A stretch of DNA of 64,000 bases from Octopus sinensis. Its lineage: Eukaryota. This document shows, in pieces, positions 54,616 to 64,000 of this stretch (the first letter of the stretch is position 1; the number at the start of each line of letters is the position of its first letter). The DNA lies in contig NC_043011.1 in the NCBI RefSeq assembly GCF_006345805.1, positions 4,216,001-4,280,000 on the forward strand, in the 5' to 3' direction. Below the pieces are notes generated by a model. It searched no databases and had not been told where the DNA came from. It worked only from the letters and a program-made list of their open reading frames with translations. A program made the position numbers and the translations under genes.

Positions 54616-55352
54616 TGCAGACAATTCTTATGAATGGTGTGCTAGTGCTGGTGTAAACAGTCATTTGTATTTTTCCTCCTCTGTGGCTTTTGGTCGTTTG
54701 GTATCTTCTTGATGTAATTACTCACTGCACTAATTCTTAAATGCTTCCATCAACCAGATTTTTGATATTTGTTTTACCAAGTTCTTGGACTTGGCTACTT
54801 CATAAAATTTCTTTGTGGAGACAGTATTATCTGAAGAAAATAGCACTCTTTTGTTCTTAATCTCAGGTAGCCCCAACTGGGCAGACTCATGATCAAAGAT
54901 ATTCTAGCTATGACTGTTCTCTCTATTGTCAAGCATAGTGTGTCAATGACTGTATTATCCAATGCATTCTTCACTTTTCAAGACAGCATGGTATGATTTG
55001 AAGGAAGGTGGGTGTTTGTTTGCTAATTCCATTAGGTGAATAGCCAGCCACAAAGAGGCTTCATTATTCTGTTAGTACACAAATCCTATCCGTATATTCA
55101 TACTATTATATCTAACAAATTCTTGTCTAGTCTGTGTGATTGGAGAAATCCTCAAACTGTTGACTAGGTGGATCATGAAATGATGCTTCTGTTGTGCATT
55201 ATAATTTATATGATTTCTAAGGTTGGACACCTTTTCTAACACCAACTACGTTACTGAGTGGATAAAGTGTATTTTCCTTTAACACCTGCACTAGTGAGAT
55301 TTCCTTGTACTCCACAAAGCAAAGGAATCTTCACTAATCTATGTTATCTCCA

Positions 55353-55633
55353 GTGAGTGGATTTGGGAGACAGAAACTGAAAGAAGCCCGTTGTATATGT
55401 GTGTACGTGTGTGCGTGCATGCATGCGTGTGTGTTTGTCCCCCCCCCCAACATCACTTGACATCCGATACTGGTGTGTTTGTGTCTCCATAACTTAACAG
55501 TTTGGCAAAAGAGACCAATAGACTAAGTACTAGGCTAACAAAGAATAAGTGCTGGGGTTGATTTGTTCGACTAAAGGCGGTGCTCCAGGATGGCCACAGT
55601 CAAATGGCTGAAACAAGTAAAAGAATAAAAGAA
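55353..55633 (+). mobile_element. SINE family A, 5'-truncated
   Basis: Starts at gtgagtggatttgg and ends with the aagtaaaagaataaaagaat tail. Confidence 0.85.
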
Positions 55634-56630
55634 TATATGAAGTCCTCGTCATGGAATTGGAATTGTAGAATTACTATAGTTCCAGACAGAAAAAAAATGA
55701 GTATTCAATTAAGTTATTTTATGTTCCAAATTAAAATACTGCAAATGTCAATTTTGATTTTCATCTTTCAAGAGTCAGTAAAGCATCAAGTACAAAATAC
55801 TGGTACTGATTAAATCAACTCTGCCCCTCCCCCCCCCCCACTTAAATCTGAACCTTGTGCCTCTGTTAGAAATCATCATCATCATCATCATAGTGTGCTA
55901 ACAAAGTTTGCTTTGTAACAGTGTGCTTTCAGGTTTCACCACTCTGAGTGGCACCTTGAGCAAATGTGTCCTATCTATAACCACAATTTGTCGTATATGT
56001 CACATGTGAGAAATTCATAGGCAGAAATTGTAATGAAGCATATCATGTGTGTGTGTGTGTACGTATGTGTGTGTGTGTGTGTGTGTGTGAATAAATGTTG
56101 CTTCAGTTTGACTCATTTAGATGACAACTGCAGCATGGTAATTTGAAGGACCAATGAGATAAAAATGATATACTTGAAAAGCAAGTAAGAATTGGAAAAA
56201 GGTAGGGCATCCGGTCATAGAATGTTACCCCAGTAAATATTCTTTTCTACTCTAGGAACAAGGCCTGAAATTTTGGAGGAGGGGTGGGGGGGCTAGTTGA
56301 TTAGATGGACCCTAGTACACAACTGGTACTTTAAATTATCGACCCCGAAAGGATGAAAGGCAAAGTCGACCTCGGTAGATTTGAACTCAGAACGTGCTTT
56401 TCGTCCGGTGCACTAACATTTCTGATAGCTCACTGCCTTCAGAATGCTACCTCAGTAAATATTGCTTAACCTATGCCATCATGAAAAAGGCAAATATAAA
56501 AGCAATGATTGTTGTCGTTGTTGTTGTCGATACTGCTGTTGTTGTTCTTCTTCTTGTTTCTAAATTACTGAATCATATTTTGTTATCCATTCTACTCTTC
56601 TAAATCCAACTATTTCTGCTTTCAATCCAG

Positions 56631-56693
56631 GGATGATCCCATTGAAAAGATTTTAGCAAACCTAGATAAACAGAGAATCAAAAGTAATTTACG
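56631..56693 (+). CDS. Candidate internal coding exon of an unidentified host gene (63 nt, phase 2/2; ..DDPIEKILANLDKQRIKSNL(R)..)
   Basis: Pyrimidine-rich acceptor tatttctgctttcaatccAG with branch-like ctaaat upstream. Consensus donor CG|GTAAGT at 56694. Length is divisible by 3 and the frame is open with a protein-like amphipathic peptide, in unique sequence. Confidence 0.7.
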
Positions 56694-57294
56694 GTAAGTT
56701 TCTATTTATTTCACCTTTTTTTCTTATTTCTTTTTTCTTATTGTTTCCCCTTTCACCCACTCACACCCTCTCTCTTGTCTTTCTTTCTCTCTTTCACTAC
56801 TTTTCCTATCTTCCTCTCTTCTCTCATCGTTCTTTATTTCCTTTTCCTCGTCATGTTTTCTATTTCTTTTTGACTTCTCTTGCCTCATCTTTGTCTCTAT
56901 GAATCCAATTATCAGTTGCTCTCTTTCTCTCCTTATCAACCTCCTGTCCCCTTTTCTCTTTCTCTCTCCCACTTTCATAATAGCAATTATTTCTTAGAAC
57001 AATGCAACTAGAAAACAAAATAAGAAAATGATAATGATGAGAGCAAGATAGAAAGGGTCATTTTGTTGACCCTGGGTGACTCTTTTCACAAACTATGATG
57101 TGGAAGAAGGTTGGTCCATCGTTCCAGTTTCTCTGGCATACAGCAAGCGGATACATGCTGCACATCTGACTTGTCAAATCCTCTGGTAAAAGTGCCAGTA
57201 TGTTGAGTTGTTGGCAAAAGTCTTGCTACTGTACAGTTGACCTGCTCTGTGTCACTAATGCTACTGCTATTAGTGACTAGGTATACTTGTTTAT

Positions 57295-57463
57295 CCCTTT
57301 AGCATTTAAACCGGCCATATCCGGCCAAAAGTATTCTGCCTGTTTTATGTTCAAAATGGCCAGATCTGGTCTCTCACACCAACCCTACAATATCATTTTA
57401 AAAATTAACAGCTACCTCATCAAAATCTCATAGCTACAAGATAATGCCTGATTAGTTCAAGGC

Positions 57464-57494
<31 letters not shown>

Positions 57495-58025
57495 GTTTAA
57501 CGTCCGTTCTCCATGCTAGCATGGGTTGGATGGTTCGACCGGGGATCTGGGAAGCCAGAAGGCTGCACCAGGCTCCAGTCTTATCTAGCAGTGTTTCTAC
57601 AAATGGATGCCGTTCCTAACGCCAACGGCCACGGTCGGATTGGTGCATTTTACGTGCCACCGGCACAGAAGCCAGTCAAGGTGGCACTGACTTCGGCCAC
57701 TATTCGGATGGTGCTTTTTATGTGCCACTGGCATGGAAGCCAGTCGAGGCGGAGCTGGCATCGGCCATGATTCAGATAGTGCTTTTTACGTACCACCAGT
57801 CCAGGGGTCCTGGCATCTGCCGGATGCCAGTCATAGGATTGGTTCAATTTCGATTCCGATTTCGATTTCACTTGCCCCAGCAGGTCTTCGCAAGCAACGG
57901 GGGTTGGCATGGGTGCCTGTCGTCGGATGAGGTTCGATATCGACTTCGCTTGCCTCAACAGGTCTTTGTGTGTCCAAGGGAGGAAAAAACCTTAATTTTG
58001 GTAGAATAATGCGAACAGTAAAGGG
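57295..58025. mobile_element. piggyBac-type MITE with TTAT target duplication, interrupted by a (GAT)n-tailed element (57466-57985, minus)
   Basis: TTAT|CCCTTTA ... TAAAGGG|TTAT. The nested element matches the 50237 family. A related terminus is at ~45450-45493. Confidence 0.7.
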
Positions 58026-58489
58026 TTATATAACCTGGTATTGAACACTACTTGGTTGTTTTCTGGCTGCTGTCACTGTTGACAATAAGCAAATCAAGTG
58101 ATAGATTGAGTCTATTGAACTCAATTAATTTTAGCCACAAATCTAATGAGTCCAGCTTCACATCCCTGGAATACCACAAATATTGCCTTCCTTTTAACAT
58201 GACAGATTTGCTGCATCACCTTCAGAACTATGTCCAAGACATCCCCAATTAAGAAGTGCATATTTACATTAAAATTTACATTTACTTAAATTAGCAATTC
58301 ATAGGAAAAAAAATTCTTTCTTCTTTTTTTTTTTTTGATTTTGCAGCTTATTTAAATGTAAGGCATATGTCTAATGTAAAAAAAAATTACATACCATGTT
58401 TACCACCCAGATAGTCAACCAAGTTATTAAAGAAATCTTATGCAGAAACTGGCATAGCTACTTAATTGTGGTGGTCACTAAGTATAGTG

Positions 58490-59125
58490 ACAGAGATGAA
58501 TGGCTTGTCAGGGCTGTACAAGTCATGAACATAATGCAGTAAGTAAAGTTGAGGTGAACTGTAATTTCAATGATGAATTCAATGTGATGATGGGAATCCA
58601 TCAAGAGTCAATTTTCAATTATCTCCTATTCACCATAGTTCTGCAGGCCATCTCAGAGGTGTTTAAAACTGGCTGTTCATGGGAACTCTTGTATGCTGAT
58701 GATCTAGCACTCCTAAATTAATTTTTTGGAAACTGGAAAGAAAATTCCAGACATGGATGCTAAATCTAGAATGAAGGAGTCTGAAGGTAAAAAGTAGCAA
58801 AGACAAAAGTTTTAATAAGCAGGAAAGAAGACAGGTTCCTGATATTTTTAAGGAAATATCATTGCTCAATATGCAGAAAAGGAGCAGGTATAAACTCCAT
58901 ACACCCAATGTAGTCTATGAACACACAAGAAATATAGTGGAATCACAAAGGGATTTGCAGAGAATGTATGCTTTGTATGTGATAGATGCACTGGAGCAGT
59001 GTATACCATTAGCACACAGGATATAGGGTCGCTTAAATACCTAAATGCCTCACTAGAAGTACTTGATAGTTTTTGATAGATGTAATTAGCAAGGTAGGTG
59101 GTTGCTCTGGATGGATGCTTGGAGA
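58490..59125 (+). pseudogene. Decayed RTE-clade LINE reverse transcriptase fragment
   Basis: GIHQESIFNYLLFTIVLQAISEVFKTGCSWELLYADDLALL (GxHQGS..SPLLF and YADD motifs). Confidence 0.85.
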
Positions 59126-59204
59126 CACTAGGCACATTATATAAATCTACTGATTTATTGTGTCTCTACAGCAGGAAACTATTACTAACTCATATTTAAA
59201 CATT

Positions 59205-60172
59205 GTCCATGTGGTAAGTAGCTTGCTAACCAACCACATGGTTCTGGGTTCATTCCACTGCGTGACAGCTTGGGCAAGTGTCTTCTGCTATAGCCTCGGG
59301 CCGACCAAAGCCTTGTGAGTGGATTTGATAGACGGAAACTGAAAGAAGCCCGTCGTATATATATATATATATATATAGATAGATAGATATAGATAAGAAA
59401 GTTGGTTTGTGAAAGCACGTGGTTGAATATATAGAAAATAGTAAAAAGTGAAAAAACTACAGAAGGCTTGTTTTAAAAGGTTAAAGAATATATATTTAAG
59501 TCAATATGTCTGAAGAATATTATAAATTTTTTTCTTACAATGACATAGTTTAGAAGAAAGACCGGTTTCGCGTTTAGCTTTTCAAATTTCTTACGTCGTT
59601 ATGTTTATGTTGAGAAGAGTTATCGTTATGTTCATGTTGAAAAGAGTTCTAAATAAGGGGAGGTAATAAGTGATTTCTTCCGGTGTAAGGGAGATAATCG
59701 GTTAAAATTTTTTTCCTTTCCTTTGGGGTAAATTTCTCTGTATAAGTATGTTGGAATGGTTAAGTCTGCGCTTGTACTTTTCAATGAAGAATGTTTCCTT
59801 GTTTAGTCTAGTTTGTGTTGATGATCAGATAGCACATTGGTAAAATGGAAAGATTAAAAATTGTGGTAGTAGTTGCTTTGCGCATTTCTCAATGTGCTCA
59901 CTAAAAGGTATCATTCTGTATTCTGGGAATGCAATCTGTTGTCGATATATATATATGTTTGTGTGTTTGTGTTTGTCCCCCTAACATCGCTTGACAACCA
60001 ATGCTGGTGTGTTTACGCCCCCGTCACTTAACGGTTCGGCAAAAGAGGCCGATACAATAAGTACTGGGATTACAAAGAATAAGTCCTGGGGTCGATTTGC
60101 TCGACTAAAGGCAGTGCTCCAGCATGGCCGCAGTCAAATGACTGAAACAAGTAAAAGAAAGTAAAAGAAAGT
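59205..60172 (+). mobile_element. SINE family A split by a Penelope insertion (halves 59205-59394 and 59945-60172)
   Basis: The 5' half ends at gaagcccgtcg(TA)n and the 3' half resumes at (TA)(TG)tttgtccccc. Confidence 0.88.
59395..59944 (-). mobile_element. Penelope-like element 3' fragment (GIY-YIG endonuclease C-terminus plus terminal repeat)
   Basis: The minus strand translates to RQQIAFPEYRMIPFSEHIEKCAKQLLPQFLIFPFYQCAI*SSTQTRLNKETFFIEKYKRRLN (R..KE..FI.....LN GIY-YIG end). A hammerhead 3' half GAAACCGGTC lies downstream. Confidence 0.8.
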
Positions 60173-60529
60173 AAATATATGTATGTATGTATACATCTAT
60201 GTATGTCTGTCTGTCTATGTATGTATGTGTGTGTGTGTATATATACATATATGTATGTATGTATATATATATGGTACATGAGAGATGGAAGAAATGAAAA
60301 TTCTTATTAATCACTACAATAGTTTGGACACACCTTGCATCAATTCTTCATGGGTGAGATACTTGACAACTGGTTCAGGAGCATCCGACAGCGCAGATGT
60401 GTCTCTTTGGGTGATAAATAGATATAATTTGTTAAAACAACAGTTCTGCTATGTATCTTTTCATTTCATATAAAGAAAAGCAGTAAATTAAAGCATACAG
60501 CGTCATTGATATAGAAGATTAATAATGAA

Positions 60530-60696
60530 AGTGGCTGTGTGGTAAGTAGCTTGCTAACCAACCACATGGTTCCGGGTTCAGTCCCACTGCATGGCATCTT
60601 GGGCGAGTGTCTTCTACTATAGCCCCAGGCCGACCAATGCCTTGTGAGTGGATTTGGTAGACGGAAACTGAAAGAAGCCTGTCGTATATATGTATG

Positions 60697-60729
<33 letters not shown>

Positions 60730-61190
60730 TTGTATGTCTGTGTTTGTTCCCCTAGCATTGCTTGACAACCGATGCTGGTGTGTTTATGTCCCCGTCACTT
60801 AGCGGTTCGGCAAAAGAGACCGATATAATAAGTACTGAGCTTACAAAGAATAAGTCCCGGAGTCGATTTGCTCGACTAAAGGCGGTGCTCCAGCATGGCT
60901 GCAGTCAAATGACTGAAACAAGTAAAAGGAGTAGCTGTGTGGTAAGTAGCTTCCTTATGTGTGTGTATATGCTTGTGTGTCTGTGTTTGTTCCCCCAACA
61001 TCGCTTGACAACCAATGCTGGTGTGTTTATGTCCCCGTAAATTAGCGGTTCAGCAAAAGAGACCAATAGAATAAGTACTAGGCTTACAAAGAATGAGTCC
61101 TGAGGTTGATTTGCTTGACTAAAGGCGGTGCTTCAGCATGGGCACGGTCAAATAACTGAAACAAGTAAAAGAGTAAAAGAGAGTAAAAGA
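60530..61190 (+). mobile_element. Tandem SINE family A dimer (full copy plus internally deleted copy from 60929)
   Basis: A second head ggagtagctgtgtggtaagtagc directly follows the first tail. Confidence 0.85.
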
Positions 61191-61246
61191 GTATATGTAT
61201 GTGTATATATGTATATGTATGTGTATATATGTGTATGTATATATAC

Positions 61247-61286
<40 letters not shown>

Positions 61287-61304
61287 ACGCACACATACTC
61301 TGAG

Positions 61305-61615
61305 ACCATGCTGGAGCACCACCTTTAGTTGAACAAATCAACCCCAGGATTTATTCTTTGTAAACCTAGTACTTATTCTATTGATGTCTTTTGCCAAAGT
61401 GCTAAGTTAGGAGGATGAAAACACTTACGTCGATTGTCAAGTGATGGTGGGGGGACAAACACAGGTACACAAACACACATATATATATACATGACTGGGT
61501 TCTTTCTGGAAGCTACAATTGTAGACACATGACCAAAGCGCCATGCAGTGGGACTGAACCCGGAACCATGTGGTTGGGAAGCAAGCTTCTTACCACAGAG
61601 CCACTCCTACACCTA
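61305..61615 (-). mobile_element. SINE family A, degenerate/deleted
   Basis: Family match on the minus strand. Confidence 0.8.
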
Positions 61616-61621
61616 TGTATG

Positions 61622-61717
<96 letters not shown>

Positions 61718-61744
61718 CATTACACACACACACAAAAGAATCGG

Positions 61745-61915
61745 ATATCTGACTCGCTAGAAAGAGCAGTTAAAACTCCATGCCACCAATTGTTGTAATT
61801 CCGAAAGTGATTGGAAAATAAAAACTTTTACCTTAATCCTATTTTCCAATCACTTTCGGAATTACAACAATTGGTGGCATGGAGTTTTAACTGCTCTTTC
61901 TAGCGAGTCAGATAT
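61745..61915. repeat. Perfect 76-bp inverted repeat with 19-nt loop (probable Penelope inverted terminal structure)
   Basis: 61745-61820 is the exact reverse complement of 61840-61915, and the whole sits between (TA)n tracts. Confidence 0.95.
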
Positions 61916-62081
61916 TCTATTTTTTGGGTATCTCTTTTGTGTTTGAACGTACACTGTATTCTTCTTTGAATAATATATAGTCTATTGACTAATTTTTTCT
62001 TTTTCACTAGACCACTGGTAACTAAGAATTTTTCGATGAATATTCTTGCTACCCTAAGATTTTATCATATATATATATAAT

Positions 62082-62125
<44 letters not shown>

Positions 62126-62686
62126 ATAATAATATTAGGGAGTATGGTTCCAAACTTACAGGGAAAAATTAGATTTAGTATATATGTATGTATGTTATTA
62201 AATGCTCAAAATGAGGAGTAGATGTACAGCCGACTACTGATGAAGTGTCATTCTTTATGTTCCTTTTCTTGTTTTCCTTTTGTTTCTTTTGTCATTTGCA
62301 TACCCAAGTTTATCTTCGTATTTCATGTTATTTACATTTTGTGACATGCTGTACCCATATATGCATATATTTATACAGATATATGTACGTATGTACATAT
62401 ATGTATGTATATGTGCATATATATATTTTTTAGTTAAATTATGTATATATATATATATATATCATATATCTATGTATATATATATATATATAGATATATA
62501 TTATATAACATACATACATATATCTACATACATATATATATCTACATACATATATATATATCTACGTACATATATATATATATATGTATATGTACATATA
62601 TATGTGTGTGTGTGTGTGTTTAAAGAATAAAGAGAAAATGAAGAGGTAATTAATAATATTCTTTATCAATTATAAAATATGACATC

Positions 62687-62774
62687 ATCTCTGACAGCTG
62701 TTTCACTTCAGATATTTTTAGATGATTAATTTGTAAAATTAATATCATTATAAGATGAATCTCTTCAGAGATAA
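62687..62774 (-). ncRNA. Decayed hammerhead-ribozyme-like motif with long stem II
   Basis: Minus strand: tct-CTGAAGA-gattca..(~45 nt)..tgaagt-GAAA-CAGCTG-TC-aga. Stem III is palindromic, with a GUC site. Confidence 0.5.
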
Positions 62775-63042
62775 AGAGGATATACTGATTAGAAATAGCT
62801 GTTGAGATAACGGCTATGAAACCATTAACTGATAGCAAAAAAAAAAATATACAAAAAAGAAAAATATACAAAAAGGAAAGAACAGATTAATACAATATCA
62901 TAGGGTATTGGGAAAGAGAAAAGAAGAAGAGAAGGAAGTTTGGTAACTAACCGGTATTTTCATTGGATTTATGATCTCTTAATGAGGTTTATTACCTTGA
63001 TATATATATATATATATAGTATATATATATATATTATATATA

Positions 63043-63082
<40 letters not shown>

Positions 63083-63083
63083 C

Positions 63084-63145
<62 letters not shown>

Positions 63146-63149
63146 TAGG

Positions 63150-63207
<58 letters not shown>

Positions 63208-63294
63208 ATATGTATGCATGTATATATATGTATATTATATATATATATATAAATGTATGCATAATATATGTATGTAAATATTTATATATATATA

Positions 63295-63326
<32 letters not shown>

Positions 63327-64000
63327 TTAAGTAGTTGAATGAATTATCTTAGTATGGATAATTCGGTTAACCGATACCTGGGTAGCAAATTCACGTCAGA
63401 AAAACACGGTTGAAGCTACTTGCCAAGGGCAGAGATCACATGCTTTCGAAATTAGGAATATGCAGCCTTCGAAACATATGTCGAGAATAAAGGAATTTTG
63501 TTAAAATCGTCGTTCAACTCCATTCTTTCATTTATATATATATATATATATATCATCATCATGATCATCATATATATATGTAATGTATATATGTATGCAT
63601 TTATATATCTATGTATATATATATATGTGTGTGTGTGTATATATGTGAGTATATTTACGTATGTGTATATATATATATATATGAATATATAATACAAATA
63701 AGAAAATGGAGAAACAAATTTTGTTTGTTCATCAACTTACGGATATTATAATGCTGGATTATTTATTCATTTTACAAATGAGAACATCAAAAGCATACAA
63801 AAATATTATATAAATCAATAGACAAGATAATAATACAAATACAGATTTTAAAAGTCATGTATCTACATATATGTAAATTTATATATATATATATATATAT
63901 AATAACAAAATAATAAATAAAATATATGCATATATACATACATATATGTACCTACCTACATCTATATGTATATATACATGCATATACGGTTACAGGACAC

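Noticed and set aside
59825-59827. In-frame TGA in the Penelope endonuclease fragment as possible selenocysteine
   Set aside because: This is a single truncated, decayed copy with no recognisable SECIS. An ordinary nonsense mutation is the simpler explanation.

Overview
This is AT-rich, repeat-dense eukaryotic DNA. The SINE families and the very abundant (TA)n/(CA)n/(TAA)n microsatellites strongly suggest an octopus (coleoid cephalopod) genome. It reads like intronic sequence of a large gene: I found only one convincing host coding exon (63 nt, + strand, 56631-56693). Almost all supplied ORFs are artefacts of microsatellites or SINEs. The rest is a layered mobilome: three tRNA-derived SINE families in dozens of copies, an RTE-type (GAT)n-tailed element with internal minisatellites, decayed RTE LINEs, an R4/Dong-type LINE in (TAA)n, Penelope-like relics in (TA)n with hammerhead-like motifs, mariner/Tc1 relics, non-autonomous Helitrons, piggyBac-type MITEs and a solo LTR with an intact TSD. 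The most notable structure is a set of local inverted duplications (3.4/4.4 kb, 10.1/11.5 kb, 47.4 kb and a perfect 76-bp hairpin at 61.7 kb), plus hammerhead-like cores with unusually long stem II. I see no firm evidence for a new multi-gene system. Family names come from motif recognition, not database searches, and boundaries of decayed copies are approximate.
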